From contig WFSI01000093.1 in NCBI GenBank assembly GCA_015486105.1, positions 1 to 48,154 of the forward strand: 48,154 nt of DNA, in the 5' to 3' direction. Origin of the DNA: Aquificota bacterium (lineage in GTDB: Bacteria > Thermosulfidibacterota > Thermosulfidibacteria > Thermosulfidibacterales > B14-G1). Under the pieces are notes generated by a model. It did not search any database, had not been told where the DNA came from, and saw nothing but the letters and a program-made list of their open reading frames with translations. Shown in pieces: positions 28,301 to 38,137 of the stretch (its first letter is position 1; the number at the start of each line of letters is the position of its first letter). A program made the position numbers and the translations under genes.

Positions 28301-30595
28301 TCACTCCTTAATGTTACTTAACCTGATTCCCTGGTACCAAGAACCCTTCAAGGTACTTGTCAAGGGAAAATCCGAGAATCCCAAAGAGACCAATGCCCCA
28401 CCCTTAGGCACCTCGTCTTTGACCAAAAGCTTCATATGGAATTGAAGATCATCCGACTCCATTATCACCCTATCGCCCTCCTTAAACCCTAACTCCCCAG
28501 CATGCTCCGGATTCAAAGCAACCCAGGGCTCAGGTTCCAGATGTACAAAGGCATTGCAAAAATCCATCTTCACTCCCATCTTGTAAAAGGGATAATCAAA
28601 CAGAGCAGGAATATCCCCTCTCAATAAATCTTCCTTAGCACTCGACACCTGGGGAGCCTTCAAAACCTCCTTGGAGAGCTCTTGAAAAACCAAAGAAGAT
28701 ACATCCTCTATCTGTTGAAAATCTCCCAAGGGCTTACCCCATTCCCGTGATAATTCCATAGCCACTTGCCAGAGAGACAAAGAATCTCCCTTGGGCTTAA
28801 TAGCCCTCTTACGCTTTTGAGGTTCCCAAAACATGTTCAGCACGGTGCCTCCATCCTCTGCAAAACTGGTAGCGGGTATAAAACAATCCGCATAGGCAAC
28901 GGTCTCCGTAAAGAACATGTCATGCACAACCAACAGGTCCAAATTAGAAAAGGCTTCCTTTATCAAAGATCCATAAGGATAGTCTCTAAAAAGATCCGTG
29001 GAGGAAACAAAAAGGGCCTTTACCTCTCCAGATACACACTTGTTCAATATATCTTCCACGGTTTCTCCATTGGGTGACCAGAATCCCATTTGAAAAGCCC
29101 CTTTAGGATTACCGCCCCAATCCAAAAAGAGGGGAACCACATTCAACCTCCCACCCAACCTCTTTAAGAGATCCCTACCAGCGGGGCTGAGTCTATTTCC
29201 CCCCAAAAGAAGAGGCTTCTTGCCCTCCAATCCCTGGGCAATCTCTTTAACCGTCTCTTCAGAAATCCCGCTTCCCTTTACTAAGGGGCTATACTCTTTC
29301 CCCTCCAAAGCCAGCAGAAGGGCTTCCAGCAATTTCTCTTCCCATCCCGGTAAGGGATTAGCATGCACAGTGGCAAACTTGTAGAGAAAAGAATCAGCAG
29401 TTACCAATAGATAAAGGGGAGATCCCCCTTCCTTACACCCTTTACCGATACTGAGGGCTAAAACTGGATGATGAAGACTCACATCCTCTCCCACCACAAA
29501 GTAGGCCTCTGCTTTCTCCACATCCTCCAAGGAGTTTACAGAAGGCTTCTCAGGGTAACCCTTTTCACCATAAAGCCTGTAATCCACATACTCGCTACCC
29601 AACACCTCCCTCATAAACCTTCCCATAAGAAGGTAGTCCTCACACGTGAGATGGGGAGATGCTAATGTTGCCACTTGGCCACCATTACCAACAATCTCTC
29701 TTAGTCTCTCAGTCACGAAAGTGAAAGATTCTTCCTTCGCAATACCCCTCAGCTTATTCCCTTCCCTCTTTAGAGGAACAGCGATCCTTTCCCCATGATT
29801 TGCAAACTCAAAACCATAACCCCCCCTGTCACAAATCCAAGGGGAAGGATAAGCTGTTTGATGCCGAATCTTCAAAAGCTGATCATCCCTCTGGCCCAAA
29901 TCCAACCAACAACCTATTTCGCAATGGGGACACACACTAGCAGTAAAATCCAGCTTCCATATACGGGTTTTATACCGATAAATATTAGACGTTATAGCTC
30001 CCACAGGACACAAAGCCTCCATATTAAAGGTGTAACGATCAGCAAAGGTCTCGCTCTCATAGGGACCTACTATCGTCCTATGTCCCCTCTCATAGGCACC
30101 CCAGTTGGTACCCCCCATCACCTCGGAACCAAACCTGACACACCTTCTGCAAAGAACGCAGCGGCTCATCTGATGAACAATTAGGGGCCCTAAATACCGG
30201 GTAGGGTACTTATGGGGCTCATCATGAAGGCGCTTTACCGGCTCTCCATACTTAAAAACAAAGTCCTGCAACTCACATTCACCCGCTTGATCGCACACGG
30301 GACAATCAAGAGGATGGTTCACCAAGAGAAACTCCAACAGCCATTTTCTGGCTTCTTGAACCTTTTCGCTATTGGTATAGATCTCCCAACCATCCTGGAC
30401 TTCTGTTATGCAAGCAGGCATAAGTTTAGGAGCACCTTTGACTTCCACCAAGCACATCCTACAGATGCCCGCCGGCTTCAAATATGGATGATAACAAAAG
30501 GCCGGGATATCAACACCAATGCGGTTGGCAGCATTTAGTACAGTCGTCCCTGCGGGAACTTCAATTTCTATTCCATCAATAACTACCTTGGGCAT
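28301..30595 (-). CDS. nuoG: NADH-quinone oxidoreductase subunit G
   Basis: N1b (CYHP..ICRMC..C), N5 (HPLDCPVCDQAGEC), N4 (CVLCRRC...CPVG) and N7 (CPHCEIGC...ICDRG), plus a molybdopterin-oxidoreductase-like C-terminus. Confidence 0.9.
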   Translation of the reverse strand: MPKVVIDGIEIEVPAGTTVLNAANRIGVDIPAFCYHPYLKPAGICRMCLVEVKGAPKLMPACITEVQDGWEIYTNSEKVQEARKWLLEFLLVNHPLDCPVCDQAGECELQDFVFKYGEPVKRLHDEPHKYPTRYLGPLIVHQMSRCVLCRRCVRFGSEVMGGTNWGAYERGHRTIVGPYESETFADRYTFNMEALCPVGAITSNIYRYKTRIWKLDFTASVCPHCEIGCWLDLGQRDDQLLKIRHQTAYPSPWICDRGGYGFEFANHGERIAVPLKREGNKLRGIAKEESFTFVTERLREIVGNGGQVATLASPHLTCEDYLLMGRFMREVLGSEYVDYRLYGEKGYPEKPSVNSLEDVEKAEAYFVVGEDVSLHHPVLALSIGKGCKEGGSPLYLLVTADSFLYKFATVHANPLPGWEEKLLEALLLALEGKEYSPLVKGSGISEETVKEIAQGLEGKKPLLLGGNRLSPAGRDLLKRLGGRLNVVPLFLDWGGNPKGAFQMGFWSPNGETVEDILNKCVSGEVKALFVSSTDLFRDYPYGSLIKEAFSNLDLLVVHDMFFTETVAYADCFIPATSFAEDGGTVLNMFWEPQKRKRAIKPKGDSLSLWQVAMELSREWGKPLGDFQQIEDVSSLVFQELSKEVLKAPQVSSAKEDLLRGDIPALFDYPFYKMGVKMDFCNAFVHLEPEPWVALNPEHAGELGFKEGDRVIMESDDLQFHMKLLVKDEVPKGGALVSLGFSDFPLTSTLKGSWYQGIRLSNIKE

Positions 30596-30612
30596 CTCAG
30601 GGACCTCCTAAG

Positions 30613-31815
30613 TTACTTGTCTACATCTCCGAGCACAATATCTAAGGTACCTATTATAGCAGCCATATCGGCCACCTTATGGCCCTTAGAGAGGAGGGGA
30701 AGAGTTTGAAGGTTCATGAGAGATGGCAGCCTAATCCTCAGCCTAAAAGGCTTAGGACCCCCGTCACCTACTACATAAAACCCCAACTCCCCTTTAGGAG
30801 CCTCTATGGACTGATAAACCTCACCTACAGGAGCATGGAAGCCCTCACACACAAGCTTGAATTGATGGATAAGGGCCGCCATATCCCTATGTTCTCCCCT
30901 AACCAAATCCGGATCAGGAAAGAAAAGCTTACCCTCGAGAGCATGTATAGGACCCTCCGGTAAACCCTCCAAGGCCTGAAGAATAATCCTCCTACTCTGC
31001 CTCATCTCCTCCATTCTCACTAAGTACCTGTCATATGTATCACCGTGCTCACCCGTAGGGATCTCAAAATCAAACTGCTCGTATCCCGAGTAAGGATATA
31101 CCTCCCGTATATCCCATCTGAGCCCGGAACCTCTAAGCATGGGACCCGTAGCCCCGTAAGCTATCGCATCCTCCTTACTCAAAACCCCCACATTCACCGT
31201 TCTCAACTTCCATATCTTGTTTTTGGTAAGAAGATTTTCGTACTCCTCAATCTTGCCAGGAAGGATATCCAAAAACGCCTTCAGCTTGGGAATAAAAGCC
31301 TCAGGCAAATCCCATCTCACCCCCCCCACCACAAAGTAGCTTTGATGCATCCTCACACCAGCAACCATCTCCAAAAGCTCATAAGTGATCTCTCTCTCAC
31401 GGAAGGTGTAAAGGAAAACTGTTACAGCACCAATATCCATGGCGTGGCTACCCAGCCATATCAGGTGACTGGCAATCCGAGCCAGCTCAGCCATGATCAC
31501 CCTGATATACTGAGCACGAGGTGGCACCTTAATGCCAAGCAACTTTTCTACCGCCAAGCAATAGGCAAAATTATAAGCAGGACAGGCCAGATAATCTAAC
31601 CTATCTATCAGAGGAATCACCTGCTGATACGTTTTAGACTCTGCCAGCTTCTCCGTACCCCTGTGAAGATACCCTATGACAGGTTGGGCATCTACAACCG
31701 TTTCTCCCTCCAGATCCAAGATGACCCTCAACACACCATGGGTACTGGGATGCTGAGGCCCCATATTGAGGGTAACTGTCCTTCTCTCAGCCCGCTCTGT
31801 GGTCACACTCATCAT
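30613..31815 (-). CDS. nuoD: NADH-quinone oxidoreductase subunit D
   Basis: NMGPQHPSTHGVLR, GYLHRG, EAPKGE and a C-terminal LGDVDK; no Ni-binding CxxC. Confidence 0.97.
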   Translation of the reverse strand: MMSVTTERAERRTVTLNMGPQHPSTHGVLRVILDLEGETVVDAQPVIGYLHRGTEKLAESKTYQQVIPLIDRLDYLACPAYNFAYCLAVEKLLGIKVPPRAQYIRVIMAELARIASHLIWLGSHAMDIGAVTVFLYTFREREITYELLEMVAGVRMHQSYFVVGGVRWDLPEAFIPKLKAFLDILPGKIEEYENLLTKNKIWKLRTVNVGVLSKEDAIAYGATGPMLRGSGLRWDIREVYPYSGYEQFDFEIPTGEHGDTYDRYLVRMEEMRQSRRIILQALEGLPEGPIHALEGKLFFPDPDLVRGEHRDMAALIHQFKLVCEGFHAPVGEVYQSIEAPKGELGFYVVGDGGPKPFRLRIRLPSLMNLQTLPLLSKGHKVADMAAIIGTLDIVLGDVDK

Positions 31816-32280
31816 CTACTCCTCAAAATCATAACCTTCAGTAGGATAGTCTTTCCTCAAGGGATGACCAGGGAAATCCTCTGACAAATAAAGCCTGGTA
31901 AGATTCGGGTGACCTTCAAATTCTATACCAAACATGTCGTAGACCTCCCGTTCCATCCAATCTGCTCCAGCCCAAAGCCCACAGGAGGAAGAAACAGTCT
32001 CACCTTCCTCCAAACCTACCTTCACCCGGAGCTGGACTTTAGAATCCATGTTTCTCAAGTGATAGACCACATAAAAACGAGGGCTCTCGCCCTCACCCAT
32101 ATCCAAACCACAGAGATCCACCAAACAATTGAAACCGAAGTCCCTTCTCAGAAGTTCCAGGGCCTCAAAAAGGGAAGATTTATCCACCACCCAGGTATGC
32201 TCTCCTCTAAATTCCGCCTCGTTTATCACCGCCCCTTGCAAACACTCCTTTGCCTCATCCAGCCAATCCATAGCAATCAC
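31816..32280 (-). CDS. nuoC: NADH-quinone oxidoreductase subunit C
   Basis: ADWMEREVYDMFGIEFEGHP...GHPLRKDYP. Confidence 0.96.
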   Translation of the reverse strand: MIAMDWLDEAKECLQGAVINEAEFRGEHTWVVDKSSLFEALELLRRDFGFNCLVDLCGLDMGEGESPRFYVVYHLRNMDSKVQLRVKVGLEEGETVSSSCGLWAGADWMEREVYDMFGIEFEGHPNLTRLYLSEDFPGHPLRKDYPTEGYDFEE

Positions 32281-32286
32281 CTGTAA

Positions 32287-32856
32287 CTATATCTTATTTT
32301 GAAAAGATTCTTTCTCTATCTTCTTCTGAAGCATCAGAATAGCCTGAAGCAAAGCTTCAGGCCTAGGGGGACAGCCAGGAACATAGAAATCCACTGGCAC
32401 TACCTTGTCCACACCTTGCACCACAGCGTAACTCTTATATATACCACCGCCAACAGCACAGGCCCCCATAGCTATAACCCACTTGGGATCGGGCATCTGA
32501 TCATAAACCCTCTTAAGGACAGGAGCCATCTTCTTAGTAAGGGTGCCAGCGACTATCATGAGATCAGCCTGCCTAGGAGATGGTCTAAACACCTCCGCTC
32601 CAAAACGGGCCATATCATAGTGAGAAGCAGCCGTAGCCATCATCTCAATAGCACAACAGGCTAAACCAAAGGTCACCGGCCAGATAGACCATTTTCTGGC
32701 CCAGTTCACTGCCTTATTTAGGGAAGTAATGAGCACTCCCCCCTTTTCCAACATTTCAAGCTCGGCCTCTGTTACGCTCTCCTCTACCAACCTCTCCTCA
32801 GGCTTCACCAACCTGGGGATCTCTACCTTTTCAACAGGAGTTCTCTTCACTCCCAT
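32287..32856 (-). CDS. nuoB: NADH-quinone oxidoreductase subunit B
   Basis: [16 protein letters not shown] and [12 protein letters not shown] at 32856. Confidence 0.97.
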   Translation of the reverse strand: MGVKRTPVEKVEIPRLVKPEERLVEESVTEAELEMLEKGGVLITSLNKAVNWARKWSIWPVTFGLACCAIEMMATAASHYDMARFGAEVFRPSPRQADLMIVAGTLTKKMAPVLKRVYDQMPDPKWVIAMGACAVGGGIYKSYAVVQGVDKVVPVDFYVPGCPPRPEALLQAILMLQKKIEKESFQNKI

Positions 32857-33203
32857 TCCAAAGCCCCCCTCCCCCACACATAGACAAAGATAGCCAAGAA
32901 TATAGCGATAAAAACCACCATCTCCAAAAAACCAAAGAGCCCCAGTCTTTTGAAACTCACAGCCCAGGGATAGGTAAAAACAACCTCTATATCAAAAACA
33001 AGAAAGAGAAGAGCAACGATGTAGTAATGAATGAAAAAGGGAGCCCGGGCATCTCCGATGGGATCCAAACCACACTCATAAGGAGAAAGTTTGATAGAAT
33101 CGGGTCGCTTTGGTCCCAGTAAAGCAGAGGCCAAAACAGCAAATACCCCAAAACCAACTCCCAACAAGAGCACAAGGATCAATGGCCAATACGCTTCTCT
33201 CAT
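32847..33203 (-). CDS. nuoA: NADH-quinone oxidoreductase subunit A
   Basis: PYECG and [15 protein letters not shown]. Confidence 0.96.
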   Translation of the reverse strand: MREAYWPLILVLLLGVGFGVFAVLASALLGPKRPDSIKLSPYECGLDPIGDARAPFFIHYYIVALLFLVFDIEVVFTYPWAVSFKRLGLFGFLEMVVFIAIFLAIFVYVWGRGALEWE

Positions 33204-33228
33204 TGGATATCCCCCAAAAATCGAAGGC

Positions 33229-33282
33229 TACATATCACCCAGTCCCCAGCCATGTCAATAGAGAAAATTGTTTTTTTCACAA
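33229..33282 (-). promoter_or_regulatory. nuoA promoter with conserved upstream element (shared with 40411-40440)
   Basis: Minus strand reads TTGTGAAAAAAACAATTTTCTCTA-TTGACA, an 18-nt spacer, then TATGTA. Confidence 0.65.
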
Positions 33283-33335
33283 TATCTCCTCCACCTAACC
33301 TGCAAGTGCGTGCAGATAGAGCAAAACAATCTTCC

Positions 33336-36300
33336 TTAATTAACAGCCTCTACCTTTTCCAGTTCCTCTTCCTCTTCTATCTCCTCTGGAGGTCTATCAC
33401 AGTGGAGGCACCTCTTAGCCTCTTCAACGGCCTGATCCAACGAAAGGCCCTCATTCACCTCCACGAAACTTTTTCTATCCTCCAAAGGCAACATGCAAGG
33501 CTTCGCCCGGGGGAGAGTCACCAGATAAGCCTCCTCATCATAGGTGGTTCCAACCACTTCCCTTTCGGGGAAGGGAATTTTACCTTCATAACCAAAGTAT
33601 TTGTCGATCTCCATAGCAGCTAACCTTCCATGGGCCACGGCTTCCACCACCGTGGCAGGGTTAACTGCGTCTCCCCCTGAAAACACGCCAGGGATGCTGG
33701 TCTTCATAGTCCTATCATCCACTTGCACAAATCCCCATTTATTGAAAAGCTCTTCTTGGGCATCCAGTCCTTTAGTTAAACCCTGACCTATACAAGGAAT
33801 CAAGGTATCGGCCTCTATAGCAAAATTGGAGCCTTCCACAGCAACAGGTCGCCTCCTGCCACCCCTATCGAAACCCCTGGTCTCCATGCGAACGCACTCT
33901 ACCCCCGTCACCTCGCTCTCACCTAGCACTTTAACAGGCGTAATGAGGAAATTGATCTTGACACCCTCTTCCAAAGCCTCTTCAATTTCCTCAGGAAAGG
34001 CAGGCATATCGTTCTTAGTGCGACGATAAATAATGCTCACCTCCTCAGCCCCCAACCTAAGGGCGGTCCTGGCAGCGTCAATGGCAGTATTACCACCTCC
34101 CACTACCACGACTTTATTCCCAATCTCCACCTCCTTACCTAGATTCACATCCCTCAAGAAGTCTATGCCGTGGTACACGCCAGGCAGATCCTCGCCTGGC
34201 ACATTCAGTTTATAGGAGGTATGAGCACCAACCCCCACGAACACAGCCTTATAACCCTCGTCAAAGAGGTTCTGAAGGCTATCCACCTTGTGGTTCAGCT
34301 TAAGATCAACCCCCGCCTCCACAATTCTTTCTATCTCCCTATCCAGCACCTGGGGGGGCAACCGGTAATCAGGGATACCCACCCTCATCATACCTCCCGC
34401 CACTGGCAAGGCTTCAAAAACAGTAGGCAAGTAGCCTAAACGGGTAAGATAAAAGGCGCAGGCCAAACCTGCCGGTCCAGCCCCTATTATAGCCACTTTC
34501 TCCTTTTTGGGATCCTCAGGAGGCCCCCAGGGACCCGCATCTTTCAATGCCCAGTCAGCAAAGATCCTCTTGATCTCCCTTATGGCCACCGCCTCATCAA
34601 ACTTCTCCCTGTTACACTTCTTCTCGCAAAAGGCAGGACACACCCGGGAGCAGGCCGCAGGAAAGGGATTGTTCTCCATGTGAACGTAGTAAGCCTCGGG
34701 TATCTTATTTTCCGCTACCAAGGCTACATACCGGGCAGGATCCACACCAGCAGGACAGGCATTCTGACAGGGGGCATAAAAGAGGGCAGCGCATACACCA
34801 GCAGGACATTTTTTGTCCACGATATGAGCAATATACTCATCTCTGAAATACCTCATAGTGGAAAGGACAGGATTGGGAGCAGTTCCCCCCAAGGCGCAAA
34901 GGGATGTGTTAATTATGAGGTGCCCCAAGGTATCCAGGGTGTCTAAGTCCTCTATCTTGCCTTCACCGTTGGTAATCCTCTCCAAGATATTCAGCATCTG
35001 CTTTAGACCCACACGACAAGGTACACACTGACCGCAGGACTCCTCCACACAAAATTCCAGGAAAAACTTGGCTATATTAACCATGCAGGTATCTTCATCA
35101 AGAACAATCATACCACCAGAGCCCATAATTGCGCCCAGTTCCTTCAAAGATTCATAATCTATGGGAGTATCCAAGTAAGGAGCAGGGATGCAACCACCCG
35201 AAGGACCTCCCGACTGTATAGCCTTAAACTTCTTGCCTTTGGGAATACCCCCACCAATATCGAACACCATCTCCCCCACGGTGGTGCCCATGGGGACCTC
35301 CACCAATCCGATATTGTTCACCTTACCCGTAAGGGAAAAGACCTTGGTGCCCTTACTCTTTTCCGTACCCATGCTGGCATACCAGTCACCGCCGTTCCGG
35401 ATAATAGGGGGAATATTGGCATAAGTCTCCACATTATTGATATTGGTGGGCTTGCCCCAAACGCCCTTATTGGCAGGAAATGGAGGCTTGGGTCTGGGCT
35501 CTCCCCTGCCTCCCTCCACAGACTTGAGCAAGGCCGTCTCTTCTCCACATACAAAGGCACCTGCCCCAATCCTTATCTCCACATCGAAGTCGAACCCCGT
35601 ATCCAGAATGTTTTCACCCAAGAGTCCATACTCCCGGGCCTGGCTCATGGCTATTTCCAGCCTCTCAATGGCTATGGGATACTCTGCCCTTATGTAAATG
35701 TAGCCCTTCTTCACGTTTCCAATAGCGTAAGCAGCTATGGCCATGCCTTCCAATACCCTATGGGGGTCGCCCTCCATGACGCTCCTGTCCATGAAGGCCC
35801 CGGGGTCGCCCTCATCGGCGTTGCAAATTATATACTTCTCATTACCAGGGGCCTTCCTGGTAAACCCCCACTTGAGTCCTGTGGGAAAGCCGGCGCCACC
35901 TCTGCCCCTCAGGCCGCTCTTTGTCACCTCCTCAATCACCTGCTCAGGGGTCATCTCCATTAAAACCTTAGCCAAAGCCTCGTACCCGTTCTCGGCAATG
36001 TACTCATCTATGGACTCAGGATCTATCTTACCCGCATTTTCAAGAACTATCTTGTGCTGCTTGGCGAAGAAGCTGTACTCCATCATGCTCCTGACCACCT
36101 GCCCAGTGACCTCGTGGAGGAGCATCCTCTCCACAGGCCTTCCTTTGAGCAAATGCTCCTCCACAAGAAACGGCACATCCTCAGGCTGAACCCTGGCATA
36201 GAGAAGCATATCAGGATAGATCACCACCACGGGGCCCAAATCACAGGTCCCTCCACATCCCCTTTTTACTACCTTCACCTCAGCCTCTAAGCCCCTCCTC

Positions 36301-36395
36301 TTTATCTCTTCTTCAAAGGCTGCCCTGACCTTAGGAGACCCACTGGCCACGCAAGCCGTACCCTCACAAATTAAGACATGGGTTCTATAAATCAT
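33336..36395 (-). CDS. nuoF: NuoF/HydB(HndC)-like flavoprotein fused to a GltD/NfnB-like FAD/NADPH oxidoreductase domain
   Basis: Trx-like [2Fe-2S] (CEGTAC...CGGTC), GRGGAGFPTG, NADEGDPGAFMDR, GGPSGG, ESCGQCVPC..SLC and H...KCPAGVC. These are followed by PCQNACP, CSRVCPAFCEKKC, GAGPAG, GGGNTAIDAAR, YRRT and EAKRCLHC. Confidence 0.9.
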   Translation of the reverse strand: MIYRTHVLICEGTACVASGSPKVRAAFEEEIKRRGLEAEVKVVKRGCGGTCDLGPVVVIYPDMLLYARVQPEDVPFLVEEHLLKGRPVERMLLHEVTGQVVRSMMEYSFFAKQHKIVLENAGKIDPESIDEYIAENGYEALAKVLMEMTPEQVIEEVTKSGLRGRGGAGFPTGLKWGFTRKAPGNEKYIICNADEGDPGAFMDRSVMEGDPHRVLEGMAIAAYAIGNVKKGYIYIRAEYPIAIERLEIAMSQAREYGLLGENILDTGFDFDVEIRIGAGAFVCGEETALLKSVEGGRGEPRPKPPFPANKGVWGKPTNINNVETYANIPPIIRNGGDWYASMGTEKSKGTKVFSLTGKVNNIGLVEVPMGTTVGEMVFDIGGGIPKGKKFKAIQSGGPSGGCIPAPYLDTPIDYESLKELGAIMGSGGMIVLDEDTCMVNIAKFFLEFCVEESCGQCVPCRVGLKQMLNILERITNGEGKIEDLDTLDTLGHLIINTSLCALGGTAPNPVLSTMRYFRDEYIAHIVDKKCPAGVCAALFYAPCQNACPAGVDPARYVALVAENKIPEAYYVHMENNPFPAACSRVCPAFCEKKCNREKFDEAVAIREIKRIFADWALKDAGPWGPPEDPKKEKVAIIGAGPAGLACAFYLTRLGYLPTVFEALPVAGGMMRVGIPDYRLPPQVLDREIERIVEAGVDLKLNHKVDSLQNLFDEGYKAVFVGVGAHTSYKLNVPGEDLPGVYHGIDFLRDVNLGKEVEIGNKVVVVGGGNTAIDAARTALRLGAEEVSIIYRRTKNDMPAFPEEIEEALEEGVKINFLITPVKVLGESEVTGVECVRMETRGFDRGGRRRPVAVEGSNFAIEADTLIPCIGQGLTKGLDAQEELFNKWGFVQVDDRTMKTSIPGVFSGGDAVNPATVVEAVAHGRLAAMEIDKYFGYEGKIPFPEREVVGTTYDEEAYLVTLPRAKPCMLPLEDRKSFVEVNEGLSLDQAVEEAKRCLHCDRPPEEIEEEEELEKVEAVN

Positions 36396-36421
36396 TGCAT
36401 CCTCCCTTAGTGATCATGGCT

Positions 36422-36802
36422 CTATTCTAAAGGCGTAGAGACCACATATTCCTTCACGGTTTCACCCCTTATTATGTGGCTTTCTATGATCTCTTTGGCC
36501 TTTTCAGCAGTGAGATTGCAGTACATCACCTTTCTCCCTTCTCTATCCTCCACCAAAGCCACGGGCTGAATAGGATCGCTTCCCATGAACCCCGTCTGGG
36601 TCACCACTACATTGTGGAGATCATGCTCTTCTATTGCATCCAAAAAGGCCTTTAACACCTCTCTGGCGCCAGCGGCTATCCCTGAGGTTCCCATAGGAAC
36701 GACTATTCTATAGTCATACTCCCCCTCCCTTATGTCCATCTTCTTCTTAGCCTGCTCCCTTATTTTCCTCAATTGATCCAAGGTTCTCACCTTCTCTGCC
36801 AT
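36422..36802 (-). CDS. HndB-like thioredoxin-fold ([2Fe-2S] ferredoxin-like) subunit lacking the usual cysteines
   Basis: RTLDQLRKIRE N-terminus, RIVVPMGTSGIAAGAREV, VTQTGFMGSDPIQP and IIESHI..G..V.EY. Confidence 0.8.
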   Translation of the reverse strand: MAEKVRTLDQLRKIREQAKKKMDIREGEYDYRIVVPMGTSGIAAGAREVLKAFLDAIEEHDLHNVVVTQTGFMGSDPIQPVALVEDREGRKVMYCNLTAEKAKEIIESHIIRGETVKEYVVSTPLE

Positions 36803-36812
36803 AACTCACCTC

Positions 36813-37361
36813 CTACTCTGCTTTCATTACATCTCTAAGATTTTCGTTTATATAACCCCTTAAAAACCCGAGCACATTAGCATCAGACATGGGTACATCA
36901 CCCAGCAAATCCTTCACCTTTTTGCTATCAAAAAGAAACTCACCTTTCCCCTCATACTTCACTACAAATCTGACCTCAGGGTTAGAAACAATAAGGGCAA
37001 AGAGGGTACCGGCTAAATCCCCCATAGGGGGACGATCTATGTGACTTAATCCAAACGCCGCTTCCAGGACAGTTCCTTTACCAGGGCTACTATCCAAACT
37101 GAAATAACCATCACAATGCTCGGCCACCCACTTAAACATCGGTATCCCCAAGCCCACCTTTCCACCTTGCTTAGTTGTATAAAATGGATCCTGAACCCAT
37201 TTTAACTCTTTGGCAGTCATACCTCTGCCATCGTCCTTAACCCGCACCTTAAGGAGATCCCTGTCCATATCTTCATTTATGACGAGCTCTATCTTCCTCG
37301 CACCAGCGGCTAAAGAGTTTTGAAGTATGTCCATTATATGCAAGGCAAGTTCCTCCATCAT
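36813..37361 (-). CDS. Stand-alone HATPase_c (histidine-kinase-like ATP-binding) protein
   Basis: ELALHIMDILQNS, DDGRGM, DPFYTTK, GLGIP, GKGT and HIDRPPMGD. Confidence 0.88.
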   Translation of the reverse strand: MMEELALHIMDILQNSLAAGARKIELVINEDMDRDLLKVRVKDDGRGMTAKELKWVQDPFYTTKQGGKVGLGIPMFKWVAEHCDGYFSLDSSPGKGTVLEAAFGLSHIDRPPMGDLAGTLFALIVSNPEVRFVVKYEGKGEFLFDSKKVKDLLGDVPMSDANVLGFLRGYINENLRDVMKAE

Positions 37362-38137
37362 GATTCATCTTGCCCCAATTCGAGAGAATTTGAAGAGCGA
37401 TGAAGCACCTGAACCGCCTCCTTGCCCCTCTTCAAGGCCTGCATAAAACCCCACCACGAAGGCTCCTCCATGAAAAAGAGGGTAACAACAGCCCCTATAT
37501 CTTCAGGGTAATGGGCATCTGAAGCGCTCACGATAGTATACTTCCGCAACTCAGGCCACTTAGCTACAGCTTGCTCCGGTGTTAGCGCCCGGGAAACCTC
37601 TACCGCCTCAAGATCCAAATAATCGGGAATAAACCCCAACTGGTTGATTACACCGTAGGAAGCCCTGTCCACATGGGCAGGAATGGGGAAACCCTGATAG
37701 TCCTTCACCATTCTGACGCATGCGTCAAAAGAGAGGGACAAGGAGTTAAGAAGGAGTTTCTCCTCAAATCCCACCACATTTTCATCCTCATCCACTATCA
37801 CCTGATCCCCGAAATAGTCGGGGTTGTTCTTCACATCTGGAAGATACCCATAGATTACATCTCTAAAAGAGAAGACCGCATCAAGAGTTCCGAAATAAGC
37901 CAAAAGATGAACCTCCTCTTCCGTCTGGAGCTCCATTCCTGGAATGACCTGCACTCCTATCTTATCCCCTATCCTCTTGGCATACAACACGTTGTCACAA
38001 GTATTATGATCAGTAACAGCAATCATATGAATACCCTTCTCCTTGGCTTCTCTCACGATACGCCCTGGAGACATCTCCAGGCTCCCACAAGGAGATAAAG
38101 TAGAGTGTATGTGAAGGTCCGCCATATACCACTTCAA
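37358..38137 (-). CDS. PHP-domain phosphoesterase
   Basis: DLHIHS.LSPC, TDHN, EEVHLL, PAHVDR and SDAH; TTG start with a TTGA overlap. Confidence 0.9.
   Translation of the reverse strand: MKWYMADLHIHSTLSPCGSLEMSPGRIVREAKEKGIHMIAVTDHNTCDNVLYAKRIGDKIGVQVIPGMELQTEEEVHLLAYFGTLDAVFSFRDVIYGYLPDVKNNPDYFGDQVIVDEDENVVGFEEKLLLNSLSLSFDACVRMVKDYQGFPIPAHVDRASYGVINQLGFIPDYLDLEAVEVSRALTPEQAVAKWPELRKYTIVSASDAHYPEDIGAVVTLFFMEEPSWWGFMQALKRGKEAVQVLHRSSNSLELGQDES

Noticed and set aside
28301-30595. [FeFe]-hydrogenase or formate dehydrogenase alpha subunit
   Set aside because: No H-cluster motifs and no recognisable catalytic Cys/Sec-His Mo/W site; it sits between nuoD and nuoH.
30613-32856. Group 4 [NiFe]-hydrogenase large and small subunits
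   Set aside because: NuoD lacks both Ni-binding CxxC motifs, and NuoB has the complex I tandem CC.
33265-33282. Definite Rex operator
   Set aside because: Only the TTGTGAA half-site matches and the second half deviates in both copies, so the regulator is left unassigned.
36422-36802. Selenocysteine at the missing Cys positions
   Set aside because: The codons are sense codons (for example TCA Ser); there is no in-frame TGA.
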